A stretch of 64,000 nucleotides of DNA from Acutalibacteraceae bacterium (GCA_045589815.1 JAZNPT010000054.1:10723-74722); one strand, 5' to 3'; counted from the first letter of the stretch, positions 46,369 through 56,315 are shown. Numbers and translations are program-made. Notes: generated from the sequence alone by a model not told the origin.

Positions 46369-46896
46369 ATGAAAATCACAATTACAGGTCGCAAGTGCTC
46401 ACCGAGAGAATCCTTCAAAGAACATGCAGAGAAGAAGCTCGCCAAAATTGAGCGCTTTTTCGGCTCCGATGCGGAGGCGAAAGTTACGGTAACTGTTGAG
46501 AAGTCATCACAATCGGTTGAAATCACCGTCAACAATAACGGTATGATTTTCAGAGCTCAGGAGAGAGCGGAAAACATGAACGAAGCTCTCGACAAATGTG
46601 TTGACACCCTTATCAGACAGATCAGAAAAAACAAAACCCGCATTGAAAAGAAAATTCGTGCAGCAAGCTTTGACGCTTTTGCCGATGAGGATGAGGTTGC
46701 GGAAGAAGTTGAATTCGATCTTGTAAGGAAAAAAACCGTAAATCTCAAACCCCAGTCTGTTGATGAAGCAATTCTTCAAATGAATCTGGTTGACCACAAT
46801 TTTTATGTTTTCATTGAAGAATCAATCGGCGAAGTTTGCGTTGTTTATAAGCGCAATGACGGAGGCTACGGTCTTATCACACCTGAGATTGAATAA
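46369..46896 (+). CDS. raiA: Ribosome hibernation promoting factor (long HPF/RaiA)
   Basis: MKITITGR...EKKLAKIERFF...QIRKNKTR, C-terminal EEAILQM-like region and DGGYGLI. Confidence 0.95.
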   Translation: MKITITGRKCSPRESFKEHAEKKLAKIERFFGSDAEAKVTVTVEKSSQSVEITVNNNGMIFRAQERAENMNEALDKCVDTLIRQIRKNKTRIEKKIRAASFDAFADEDEVAEEVEFDLVRKKTVNLKPQSVDEAILQMNLVDHNFYVFIEESIGEVCVVYKRNDGGYGLITPEIE

Positions 46897-46928
46897 ATCA
46901 GCCCGATTGAATAAAATCAGTTAATTTT

Positions 46929-46963
46929 GGCGGGAATCAATTGGTGGTTCCCGCCTGTTTTTT
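46929..46963 (+). terminator. Terminator after hpf
   Basis: GGCGGGAATCA...TGGTTCCCGCC followed by TGTTTTTT. Confidence 0.75.
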
Positions 46964-46985
46964 GGTAATAAACAGGAGATATGTA

Positions 46986-48101
46986 ATGAAAATTGATTTT
47001 GTAATACCATGCCTTCTCGGCATGGAATCACTCATTGCAGGCGAGCTTAAAGAATTCGGAGCGGAAAACGTTGCGGCAGAAAACGGCAGGGTTTTGTTCA
47101 GCGGCGATGAAAACATGCTTGCAAGGGTTAATATCTGCTCCCGCTTTGCCGAAAGGGTTCAAATTCTTGTCGGTTCTTTTGAGGCAAGAAGTTTTGAGGA
47201 GCTTTTTCAGGGTACGAAGGCTCTGGCGTGGGAAGAATGGATAGGTTCGCTCGATGCTTTTCCCGTTAAGGGGTATTCGATTAATTCGGAGCTTTTCAGC
47301 ACCCGTGACTGCCAGGCAATAATTAAAAAAGCGGTGGTTGAACGGCTCAAGTCAAAATATCATATCGAATGGTTTGAGGAAACGGGCCCCGTTCATCAAA
47401 TTCAGTTTTCAATTATGAAGGACAAGGTTTCTCTCCTTATTGATACATCCGGCATGGGATTGCACAAAAGGGGCTATCGCATTGATGCAAACGATGCACC
47501 GATTAAGGAAACGCTTGCTGCTGCGCTTTGCAGCCTGTCACATCTCAGACCTTATCACAAGCTGTATGACCCTATGTGCGGTTCCGGAACAATTCTTATC
47601 GAGGGCGCTATGATGGCGGCCAATATGGCTCCGGGAATTAACCGCAGTTTTTCTGCTGAGCGTTTCGGTGTTATCCCGAGAAATGTTTGGGAGGAAGAAA
47701 GAGAAAGAGCGCGCAGTCTTGTCAGACCGTGCGACGATTTTATGGCATTTGGCTCTGATTTAGATGCCAAGGCAATCGAAATTGCCAAGGTCAATGCTCA
47801 GAGGGCAGGGGTCGGCGATAAAATCAGTTTCAAGGTTGCAGATGTTGCAAAGTTCTCGCCTTCAACAGACAGAGGAACCGTTATCTGTAACCCGCCTTAC
47901 GGTGAGAGGCTGCTTGACCTTAGCGAATGCGAAGCTATATATAAATCCATGGGCAAGGTTTTTGAACAGAAGAAGGGCTGGTCATACAGCATAATAAGCC
48001 CTGATGAAGAATTTGAAAAAGCATTCGGCAGAAAAGCAGATAAGAGAAGAAAGCTTTACAACGGCATGATAAAATGCCAGTTGTTCATGTATTTTAAATA
48101 A
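46986..48101 (+). CDS. THUMP-domain SAM-dependent rRNA methyltransferase (RlmL/YpsC-like)
   Basis: LHKRGYR, APIKETLAAA, DPMCGSGT and NPPYGER; start moved to ATG 46986. Confidence 0.92.
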   Translation: MKIDFVIPCLLGMESLIAGELKEFGAENVAAENGRVLFSGDENMLARVNICSRFAERVQILVGSFEARSFEELFQGTKALAWEEWIGSLDAFPVKGYSINSELFSTRDCQAIIKKAVVERLKSKYHIEWFEETGPVHQIQFSIMKDKVSLLIDTSGMGLHKRGYRIDANDAPIKETLAAALCSLSHLRPYHKLYDPMCGSGTILIEGAMMAANMAPGINRSFSAERFGVIPRNVWEEERERARSLVRPCDDFMAFGSDLDAKAIEIAKVNAQRAGVGDKISFKVADVAKFSPSTDRGTVICNPPYGERLLDLSECEAIYKSMGKVFEQKKGWSYSIISPDEEFEKAFGRKADKRRKLYNGMIKCQLFMYFK

Positions 48102-48121
48102 TAACGGAAGGATGTTCGGTT

Positions 48122-49060
48122 ATGAAACACATTTTTGTTATCAATCCTGCAGCAGGTCAGGGAAAATCACTTGATTTTATTAAGGCAAAAATTGAAGCAA
48201 CAGCAAAAAAATATTCGCTTGATTATGAAGTATATATTACTGAAAAAAAAGGCGACGGCATTGAATTTGTTGAAGAAAGAGCTAAAAGCGGTGAAGAACT
48301 TCGTTTCTATGCTTGCGGAGGCGATGGAACTCTCTATGATGTTGTTAACGGAGCTTACGGCTATAAAAACGTTCAGGTTGCGGTTGTTCCTCTTGGCTCG
48401 GGTAACGATTTTATCCGCCTTTTCGGCACTCAGGAGGAATTCCTTGAGCTTGATGACCAGATAAATGGCGTTCCCGTTGAGCTTGACCTTATCAAATGCG
48501 GAACCGAAATCGCAATCAACCAGTGTTCGATGGGTATGGACGCTGAGGTATGCGCAATGCAGGGCAAAATCAAGAAATTCCCTATGGTAACAGGCGAAGG
48601 GGCATATTATATCGGTTGTCTTTATGCGATTATGAGGAAGTTCCATAACAGATTTACAATCACAATTGATGATGAAGAAGTTATTTCAAAAGACTGCCTT
48701 TTCTGCTTCTGCGGCAATTCAAGATGGTATGGCGGCGGATTCATGGCTGCTCCTTTGGCTCAGCCTGATGACGGTTTGCTGGATTTTGTTATTGTTGAAG
48801 CAAATATAAGCAGAGCGAAGCTTGTAACCCTTCTCAATAAATATAAGCGCGGCGAACATCTTGACTGGGATATCACCACTTTCAAGAGAGGCAAGAAGCT
48901 GACTATTCACAGCGATTCACCTGCAGCCGTAAATGTTGACGGTGAGTGCAAGTTTATAACAGACACATCGTTTGAACTTATCGAAAAGGGTATGACTTTT
49001 GTTGTTCCCAGAAAGTCGCAGTTCCTTGTTGAAAGAGAAAAACGATTGGCAGCAAAATAA
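48122..49060 (+). CDS. Diacylglycerol/lipid kinase family protein (YegS/BmrU-like)
   Basis: INPAAG, ACGGDGT, PLGSGNDF, YGGG and NVDGE motifs. Confidence 0.92.
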   Translation: MKHIFVINPAAGQGKSLDFIKAKIEATAKKYSLDYEVYITEKKGDGIEFVEERAKSGEELRFYACGGDGTLYDVVNGAYGYKNVQVAVVPLGSGNDFIRLFGTQEEFLELDDQINGVPVELDLIKCGTEIAINQCSMGMDAEVCAMQGKIKKFPMVTGEGAYYIGCLYAIMRKFHNRFTITIDDEEVISKDCLFCFCGNSRWYGGGFMAAPLAQPDDGLLDFVIVEANISRAKLVTLLNKYKRGEHLDWDITTFKRGKKLTIHSDSPAAVNVDGECKFITDTSFELIEKGMTFVVPRKSQFLVEREKRLAAK

Positions 49061-49081
49061 TTTGTAAAGGTCGGTTTTGAT

Positions 49082-49585
49082 ATGAAATACTGTGCATCAT
49101 GCGGAAACACCATTGAAGACAGCGCAAAGTTCTGTTCCGTTTGCGGAGCAAAGGCAGATAACGGAGCGGCACAGGCTGAATATCAGCCTGATAATCATCA
49201 AAAGTCAGAAAGTGCCAGCAAACTGGATGAGGTTGTTAATAAGTTTACGAACACGGCAGACACAACGGCAGACTATGCTCAGGATGATATTGATAAAAAT
49301 CGAGTTATGGCTGTTCTTGCTTATCTTGGCTTGCTGTTCCTTGTTCCTTTGTTTGCCGCCAAGGAATCGCCTTTTGCAAGATTTCACACAAACCAGGGCA
49401 TTTTGCTGTTTATTTTTGAAATGGTTGGCAGCATTGCAGCAAGCTTGATTCCCTGGATAGGCTGGGTAGTAGGCACTTTGGTCGGAATAATCGGATTTGT
49501 TATGCTTATTCTCGGTTTAATTAACTCCATTAAGGGGGAAGCAAAAGAACTGCCCTTTATCGGAAAATTCAGAATACTTAAATAA
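49082..49585 (+). CDS. Zinc-ribbon plus DUF4870-like membrane protein
   Basis: YCASCG...FCSVCG zinc ribbon; MAVLAYLG...FARFHTNQG...KELPFIG. Confidence 0.85.
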   Translation: MKYCASCGNTIEDSAKFCSVCGAKADNGAAQAEYQPDNHQKSESASKLDEVVNKFTNTADTTADYAQDDIDKNRVMAVLAYLGLLFLVPLFAAKESPFARFHTNQGILLFIFEMVGSIAASLIPWIGWVVGTLVGIIGFVMLILGLINSIKGEAKELPFIGKFRILK

Positions 49586-49613
49586 CGGTTAGCGCAGCCG
49601 CAATGGTTGCGCT

Positions 49614-50771
49614 ATGCCTTTTTGGGGGATGAAAATGAAAAACACAAATGCAATAAAATTCAATTCTTCAGGCAAGCTTGTGATTATGCAGGTTAGTGAC
49701 CCGCAGGATATGAAATATGTCCGCAAGGCTATGGTTAAAATGCTGGACAATGCCTATGATAAACTCAAGCCTGACCTTGTTCTTTTTACAGGTGACAATA
49801 TTCTCGGCAACCATCTGCTTGATGCGCGTTTCGGGGACCGCCAGATAGCAAGCGGCAAGGCGGCAACCATGCAGATTATGAAAGAGTCGATTCACCATAT
49901 CTGCGCCCCTCTTGAAAAAAGAAAAATACCCTTTGCGATGATTTACGGAAATCATGACGACATGAATCTTGTTTCAAAGGACGAGCAGGCGGATATTTAC
50001 CGCAGCTATTCAATGTGTTTGCCAATGAATAACCGTAACGGCAAGGTTGATTGTGATACATACAATATCCCGATTTATTCAAGCAACGGAGAAAAGGTTG
50101 TTTTTAATCTCTGGATGCTGGACAGCGCATGGTATGACCGCAAAGAGGATAAGTGCCATGAGGCGATAAAGCCCGAAACTGTTGAATGGTATAAAAAAAC
50201 CTCTGCCGAGCTTAAAGAGCAAAACGAAGGCGAGGTTGTTCCGTCGCTGATGTTTGCGCATATTCCTTTGCCCGCCATAACAAATCTCATTGAGCAGTGC
50301 GGCGAGAATGATGTAGGTGCGGTTAAAACTCATAAAATGGGCTGGTGCAGGCTTCGCCCTGACCTTGCACGCGGAACTATGCTTGAATATCCGAGCATTC
50401 TTGAAGATGATGCAGGCCTCTTTGAAGCCGTACTTGAATGCGGAGATGTTAAAGGCATTGTTTCAGGCCATGACCATGTTAATTGCTTTGAGGGCAAATA
50501 TAAAGGCATAGAATTTATTCAGACCTCCTGTGCATCCTTCCGCTGCTACGGCGGCGAAATGCGGGGTGTGCGTATTTTTGAAATTGATGAAAGAGACCCT
50601 GAAGGATATCAGACATATTTCTTTAATTATGCCGATTTGTGCGGCAGGGGTGCGATTTCAAAGCTCAGATATTTCTGGGATGCCGACGAAATGGAAAAAA
50701 CCAAAACAGCTCTTTTGGCAGGCACAGCCGTTGCTGCAGGTGTTATAACCGCAATAGCGAGAAAGAAATAA
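49614..50771 (+). CDS. Calcineurin-like metallophosphoesterase (Dcr2/PAP-like) with C-terminal hydrophobic tail
   Basis: SDPQD, TGDN, GNHDD, FAHIP and GHDHVN motifs; C-terminal ALLAGTAVAAGVITAIARKK. Confidence 0.88.
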   Translation: MPFWGMKMKNTNAIKFNSSGKLVIMQVSDPQDMKYVRKAMVKMLDNAYDKLKPDLVLFTGDNILGNHLLDARFGDRQIASGKAATMQIMKESIHHICAPLEKRKIPFAMIYGNHDDMNLVSKDEQADIYRSYSMCLPMNNRNGKVDCDTYNIPIYSSNGEKVVFNLWMLDSAWYDRKEDKCHEAIKPETVEWYKKTSAELKEQNEGEVVPSLMFAHIPLPAITNLIEQCGENDVGAVKTHKMGWCRLRPDLARGTMLEYPSILEDDAGLFEAVLECGDVKGIVSGHDHVNCFEGKYKGIEFIQTSCASFRCYGGEMRGVRIFEIDERDPEGYQTYFFNYADLCGRGAISKLRYFWDADEMEKTKTALLAGTAVAAGVITAIARKK

Positions 50772-50787
50772 CTTCGGAGGAAATAAT

Positions 50788-51498
50788 ATGAAAAAAATAT
50801 GCAGAAATTTTGTTGCTTGTTTATTGGCAACGCTTATGGCATTCAGCTTTTCTTTATCAGGCTTTGCTTTTGAAGCGGAAGAAACAACCGTGGCAAGTGT
50901 TCCCGAGATTCCAGAAGAAACAGTTGAAGATACTGCTGATAATAATGAGGATGAAATCGTTGCAACGGTTTCTCTCTGTTCAGTTGTTTATGTTTGGCCG
51001 ATTTCCGGGCACACATTTATTTATGTTCACAACAACTCCGACGAACCAATACAGGTCGGTCTTTATGAAGTTCCTGTCGGTCAGGGCGTTTCCATTGGTG
51101 CTTTTTCATTTTCTGTTCATGACGGCTGGGGTATCTATTACAATATCGAAGGCTTCAAAGAAAACACAAAGGGACGAATGGACAAGGTTTGGTCAAAGTC
51201 AAAGGAACTTAACGCAAGCGAGCTTGAAAAGCTGACAGCAGAGCTTAAGGCTTATCCTAATTATTGGGGCTTTGTTGCCAACTGTGCCACATTCGCATTT
51301 GCAATGTGGAATTCGGTTTCGGGTGACCACTTCTTTTCGCTTTTGATTCCTGCCATATCTCAGTTTATGCTTATGGTCGGCGGCGGGAAAAAGGGAGTTT
51401 TGGAGATGTATTGCCCTGAGAGAGAGCAGATACTCAGGCAAAAGGGTTTCGGCAGCGAGGCTCATCTTGAGATTGCAAGTGACGGCACAATAAGCTGA
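50788..51498 (+). CDS. Secreted hypothetical protein, probable permuted papain-like (His...Cys) hydrolase/acyltransferase
   Basis: Signal peptide and acidic linker; GHTFIYV (H75) precedes YW..ANCATFA (C166). Confidence 0.65.
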   Translation: MKKICRNFVACLLATLMAFSFSLSGFAFEAEETTVASVPEIPEETVEDTADNNEDEIVATVSLCSVVYVWPISGHTFIYVHNNSDEPIQVGLYEVPVGQGVSIGAFSFSVHDGWGIYYNIEGFKENTKGRMDKVWSKSKELNASELEKLTAELKAYPNYWGFVANCATFAFAMWNSVSGDHFFSLLIPAISQFMLMVGGGKKGVLEMYCPEREQILRQKGFGSEAHLEIASDGTIS

Positions 51499-51522
51499 TA
51501 ATCTGTATCGGGGGGTGGCATT

Positions 51523-52851
51523 TTGAAAACCAACGCTGTTAAAACAACAAAACTCGGATTTAAGCTCTGGCTTTCCGTTATTATTTTTGGCCTTATCGGG
51601 CAGATTGCCTGGATAGTCGAAAATATGTATTTTTCAAAATTTGTTCAGAATAATATTGAACCCGAGGCTTATGCAACAACAATAATGGTTGCTTTTTCCG
51701 CAATTGCGGCAACGCTTGCAACCGTTATCGGCGGCGCTCTGTGCGATAAGCTTGGCAAGCGCAAGTCAATCATTTGCTGGGGATATATACTCTGGGGAAT
51801 TTCCACCATGGCTTTCGCCTTTATTCCCCTTGATTTTGCCCCCGATGCAAAATTAAAGCTCGTTGCCGTTGTTATCATCATGGACTGCGTAATGTCCTTT
51901 ATCGGCGCAACTGCAAATGATGCGGCTTTCAATACATGGGTGTCTGATATTTCGGATACCACCAACAGAGGCAAAATTGACGTTGTTCTTGCGATAATGC
52001 CGGTTGCGGCAATGGGCGTTGTTTTTGTGGGCCTTGATTCGCTCACAAGCACAAGCGAGCATTGGGGAGATTTCTTCATGCTTCTCGGCGCAGTTCCGAT
52101 TGTAGGCGGTATTCTCGGATTTTTTATGCTTAAAGATGCACCGCATGTTAAAAAGCAGGATACAACAGGTTATTGGAGCAATGTTTTCTACAGCTTTAAG
52201 CCTTCTGTTATCAAAGAGAATAAGATGCTTTATGTATGCCTTCTCGGCAGCATGTGCTCAGGCGCATCAATTCAGGTCTATCAGTCTTATCTGATTAACT
52301 TTGTTGAAAAAACTCTTGGCATAACGGATTATGTTATTCCGCTTATTGTTATTGTTCTCGGTTCAGCTGTGCTTTCTGTGGTTATGGGAAATCTGATGGA
52401 TAAATACGGCAAGGAAAAGTTTTATTATCCCACGATTTTTGTTAATATTCTTGGCGCTTTGATAGTTTATTGCTTGAAGTTCGTGCTTGGTGACACAACC
52501 AAAATGATGGTGCTTATCATGGTTGGCGGTGTTATGGTTATGGGTGCTTCGCTCGTTATGGCCGGCCTTTTCCTCGGCGCCTTCCGCGATTATATTCCCC
52601 ATGGCAAGGAAGGCTCCTTCATGGGCATGAGAATGTTCCTTTTTGTGCTTCTTCCCATGCTTATCGGCCCGGGTGTTGCGCAGTTCACAATCAATTCAGT
52701 CAATATGAGAACGGCAGACGGCATGATTCTTTATCCTCCCGAACTGTTCCTTGCAGGCGCTGTTGTGGTTGCTTTTGCGTTTATCCCTGCTTATTTTGTT
52801 AAGAAAAACGATAAGGTAATCAGAGCAAAGCTCATTGCTGAAAGGAAGTAA
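51523..52851 (+). CDS. MFS transporter
   Basis: GQIAWIVENMYF, CDKLGKRK (motif A-like), ANDAAFNTWVSD; about 12 TM helices; TTG start. Confidence 0.9.
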   Translation: MKTNAVKTTKLGFKLWLSVIIFGLIGQIAWIVENMYFSKFVQNNIEPEAYATTIMVAFSAIAATLATVIGGALCDKLGKRKSIICWGYILWGISTMAFAFIPLDFAPDAKLKLVAVVIIMDCVMSFIGATANDAAFNTWVSDISDTTNRGKIDVVLAIMPVAAMGVVFVGLDSLTSTSEHWGDFFMLLGAVPIVGGILGFFMLKDAPHVKKQDTTGYWSNVFYSFKPSVIKENKMLYVCLLGSMCSGASIQVYQSYLINFVEKTLGITDYVIPLIVIVLGSAVLSVVMGNLMDKYGKEKFYYPTIFVNILGALIVYCLKFVLGDTTKMMVLIMVGGVMVMGASLVMAGLFLGAFRDYIPHGKEGSFMGMRMFLFVLLPMLIGPGVAQFTINSVNMRTADGMILYPPELFLAGAVVVAFAFIPAYFVKKNDKVIRAKLIAERK

Positions 52852-52855
52852 TAAC

Positions 52856-53035
52856 ATGGCAAAAGAAAAGCGTTTTGAAAAAACATATTCTCAGGATTTG
52901 GGCTCAACAATAATTTATGTTGACAAGGAAACAGGCGTAAATTATTTGTTTGTAGCAAACGGTTATGCCGGCGGTTTAACACCGCTCCTTGACCGTGAGG
53001 GTAAGCCTGTAATAACACCGGTTATCAATAAATAA
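52856..53035 (+). CDS. DUF6440-like small protein
   Basis: VDKETGVNYLFV..GYAGGLTPLLD.EGKPVI; start moved to ATG 52856 behind AAAGGAAG. Confidence 0.8.
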   Translation: MAKEKRFEKTYSQDLGSTIIYVDKETGVNYLFVANGYAGGLTPLLDREGKPVITPVINK

Positions 53036-53041
53036 AAACTT

Positions 53042-53077
53042 AACCCCCGAAAAGATAAAAATTTCTTTTCGGGGGTT
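53042..53077. terminator. Bidirectional terminator
   Basis: AACCCCCGAAAAGA...TCTTTTCGGGGGTT perfect 14-bp stem. Confidence 0.88.
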
Positions 53078-53090
53078 CCTTTATATGTTT

Positions 53091-54254
53091 TTAAAGTTTT
53101 GCGAGAGTTTCCATAACGTAGTTGCCGAACTCCTCGCAGGTTGCGCCGTTATCTCTGCCTGTAATCTGAAGCTTCTTTTCTTCATACATGCAGATATCAA
53201 GGGCTCTTTCAAGCTTGTCTGCTTCTTCCTGCTTGCCAATGTGTGAAAGAAGCATAACTGCCGCACGGAGCATTGAGCAGGGGTCTGCATACTTGCCTCT
53301 GCCCTCTCTCATCATTCTGGGAGCAGAGCCGTGGATAGCTTCAAACATAGCGTATTTCTTGCCGATGTTTGCGCTGCCTGCAGTGCCTACGCCGCCCTGG
53401 AATTCAGCAGCCTCGTCGGTGATGATGTCGCCGTAAAGGTTGGGGAGAACAAAAACCTTGAAGTCTGTTCTTCTTTTTTTATCAATAAGCTTTGCGGTGG
53501 TGATATCAATATACCATTCATCGGTTGTGATTTCAGGATAATCTTTTCCGATTTCCTTGCAAAGATTAAGGAATTTGCCGTCTGTGGTTTTGATAACGTT
53601 TGCTTTCTGGATGATGGAAACTCTGTCCTTCTTGTTTCTTCTTGCATAGTCATAAGCAAGCTTTGCAATTCTCTTTGTGCCCTCCGTGGTGGTAACAACA
53701 AAGTCCATTGCAAGGTCATCGGTAACGTTGATGCCCTTTGAGCCGACAGCATAAGCGCCTTCGGTGTTTTCGCGGAAGAAGGTCCAGTCAATGCCTTCGT
53801 CAGGAACCTTAACGGGGCGAAGATTTGCAAAAAGGTCGAGCGCCTTTCTCATTGCAACATTTGCGCTTTCGATGTTGGGCCACGGGTCTCCGGCCTGGGG
53901 TGTGGTTGTGGGGCCTTTAAGGATAACGGGGCATTTCTTGAGTTCCTCAAGAACATCGTCAGGGATAGCTTTGTTAACAGCAACACGGTTTTCAATGGTC
54001 AGGCCGTCAATGGTCTTGAACTCGATTTTGCCTGCTTCAACATCCTCTTTGAGAAGGAATTCAAGAACTCTTGCAGCTTCGTTTGTGATGATGGGGCCAA
54101 TGCCGTCGCCGCCGCAAACGCCGATTGTGAGCTTGTCAAGAGTTGAATAGTCAACAAAATCGCCCTGCTGCTTAATTGCTTCGCTTCTTGCATCCTGTTC
54201 CCTTATAAGAGCTTCAAACTTTTCAACAGCGGCTTTAATTTGTAATTCTGTCAT
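53091..54254 (-). CDS. icd: Isocitrate/isopropylmalate dehydrogenase family enzyme, likely isocitrate dehydrogenase
   Basis: GDGIGP, LKGPTTTP, FRENTEG, KANVIK, NLYGDI and FEAIHGSAP; directly downstream of aconitase. Confidence 0.82.
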   Translation of the reverse strand: MTELQIKAAVEKFEALIREQDARSEAIKQQGDFVDYSTLDKLTIGVCGGDGIGPIITNEAARVLEFLLKEDVEAGKIEFKTIDGLTIENRVAVNKAIPDDVLEELKKCPVILKGPTTTPQAGDPWPNIESANVAMRKALDLFANLRPVKVPDEGIDWTFFRENTEGAYAVGSKGINVTDDLAMDFVVTTTEGTKRIAKLAYDYARRNKKDRVSIIQKANVIKTTDGKFLNLCKEIGKDYPEITTDEWYIDITTAKLIDKKRRTDFKVFVLPNLYGDIITDEAAEFQGGVGTAGSANIGKKYAMFEAIHGSAPRMMREGRGKYADPCSMLRAAVMLLSHIGKQEEADKLERALDICMYEEKKLQITGRDNGATCEEFGNYVMETLAKL

Positions 54255-54266
54255 ATCTGTTTCTCC

Positions 54267-56201
54267 TTATTTGCCTGTGTTCTTCGTGTAGTTAAGCAGT
54301 CCGCCGTCAAGAATCATAGCGGTCTGTCTGTCTGAATAGTCATAATTAAGCTCGTATTTCTCGCCCTTGGTTATGTTTTCAAGAACAACCTTTGCGCCGT
54401 TCTTGATGTTTTCTCTGATTCCGTTAAGTGCGAGCATATCGTCTGTTTCAATTTTGTCATAATCATCGGGATTTGCAAAGGTGAATGGCATAATGCCTGC
54501 GTTGATGAGGTTGGCACAGTGGATTCTTGCAAAAGATTTTGCGATAACAGCCTTGATTCCGAGATAAAGGGGAACGAGTGCGGCATGTTCTCTTGATGAG
54601 CCCTGGCCGTAGTTTGCGCCGCCGATGATGAAGCCCTTGCCTGCTGCCTTGCAGCGCTCTGCAAAGTGTTCGTCACACTGCTTGAAGCAGAAGTTTGAAA
54701 GGAAGGGGATGTTTGAACGGTAGGGAAGAATCTTTGCGCCTGCGGGCATAATGTGGTCGGTTGTGATGTTGTCGCCAACCTTGAGAATTGCAGGGGCTTC
54801 GATATCTTCGGGAAGCTCAACGCTTGTGGGGAAGGGCTTGATGTTGGGGCCGTATTTGATTTCAACGCTGTCAGCCTCTTCAACAGAAGCGGGATGCTCA
54901 ATCATGTTATCGTTAATGATGAAGCGCTCAGGCATTGTGATTTCAGGCATCTCGCCGAGAGTTCTCGGGTCTGTGAGATAGCCTGTGATTGCCGATGCTG
55001 CAGCAACCTCGGGGCTGACAAGATAAATGCCTGCGTCTGCCGTGCCTGAACGTCCTTCAAAGTTGCGGTTAAAGGTTCTGAGAGAAACGCCTTTAGATTG
55101 TGGTGACTGACCCATGCCGATGCAGGGGCCGCAGGAGCATTCAAGAAGCCTTGCGCCTGCGCAGAGAATGTCTGAAAGAGCACCGTTGAGTGAAAGCATG
55201 TTAAGAACCTGCATTGAACCCGGAGAGATTGTGAGGCTGACGTTGGGGGCAACCTTTTTGCCTTTGAGAATAGCCGCAACCTTCAGAAGGTCAAGCAGAG
55301 AGGAGTTTGTGCATGAGCCGATGCAAACCTGGCTGATTTCAATATTGCCGATTTCTTCAACAGTTTTAACGTTATCGGGCATGTGGGGCATAGCTGCCAT
55401 GGGTGCAAGCTTGCAAAGGTCGATATCAATAATTTCGTCATACTGTGCGTCAGCATCGGGAAGAAGCTCTGACCAGTCCTCCTCGCGTCCCTGCGCTTTA
55501 AGAAAAGCTTTGGTAATTTCGTCTGAGGGGAAAACAGAGGTTGTTGCACCGAGCTCAGCGCCCATATTTGTTATGGTTGCTCTTTCGGGAACGGAAAGGG
55601 TCTTAACGCCCTCGCCGCCGTATTCGATAATTTTGCCTACGCCGCCTTTAACGCTCATGATACGAAGCACTTCAAGGATAATATCCTTTGCGCCAACCCA
55701 AGGGGAAAGCTTGCCGGAAAGGCGGACAAGGGTCATTTTAGGCATTGTTGTGTAGTATGTTCCGCCGCCCATAGCAACAGCAACGTCGAGGCCGCCTGCT
55801 CCGATTGCAAGCATGCCGATTCCGCCGCCGGTGGGGGTGTGGCTGTCAGAGCCGATAAGCGTTTTGCCCGGCTTGCCAAATCGCTCAAGGTGAAGCTGGT
55901 GGCAGATTCCGTTGCCGGGTTTTGAGAAAAGAAGGCCTCGTTTCTTTGCAACGCTCTGAATAAATCTGTGGTCATCTGCATTTTCAAATCCGTTTTGCAG
56001 AGTATTGTGGTCGATATATGAAACCGAAAGCTCTGTGCGAACTCTTTCAACGCCCATAGCTTCGAATTCGAGATATGCCATTGTGCCTGTAGCATCCTGT
56101 GTTAATGTTTGGTCGATTTTGAGACCGATTTCGGTTCCGGGTATCATTTCTCCGCTGACAAGATGGCTTTTAATAAGCTTTTGGCCGATTGTCATTCCCA
56201 T
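54267..56201 (-). CDS. acnA: Aconitate hydratase
   Basis: QDATG, GICHQ, GSDSHT, GSCTN, CGPCIG, NRNFEGR, TTDHI and GSSREHAA; upstream TTGACA-18-TACAAT. Confidence 0.93.
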   Translation of the reverse strand: MGMTIGQKLIKSHLVSGEMIPGTEIGLKIDQTLTQDATGTMAYLEFEAMGVERVRTELSVSYIDHNTLQNGFENADDHRFIQSVAKKRGLLFSKPGNGICHQLHLERFGKPGKTLIGSDSHTPTGGGIGMLAIGAGGLDVAVAMGGGTYYTTMPKMTLVRLSGKLSPWVGAKDIILEVLRIMSVKGGVGKIIEYGGEGVKTLSVPERATITNMGAELGATTSVFPSDEITKAFLKAQGREEDWSELLPDADAQYDEIIDIDLCKLAPMAAMPHMPDNVKTVEEIGNIEISQVCIGSCTNSSLLDLLKVAAILKGKKVAPNVSLTISPGSMQVLNMLSLNGALSDILCAGARLLECSCGPCIGMGQSPQSKGVSLRTFNRNFEGRSGTADAGIYLVSPEVAAASAITGYLTDPRTLGEMPEITMPERFIINDNMIEHPASVEEADSVEIKYGPNIKPFPTSVELPEDIEAPAILKVGDNITTDHIMPAGAKILPYRSNIPFLSNFCFKQCDEHFAERCKAAGKGFIIGGANYGQGSSREHAALVPLYLGIKAVIAKSFARIHCANLINAGIMPFTFANPDDYDKIETDDMLALNGIRENIKNGAKVVLENITKGEKYELNYDYSDRQTAMILDGGLLNYTKNTGK

Positions 56202-56315
56202 AATCCATCCTCCGTAATTTTAAAACAATGATATTTAATTGTATTGCAAATCACATCTGTTTGTCAAGTGTAAAATAATATAATATTAATGTTTTTATAT
56301 ACTAAATAAATGTAA

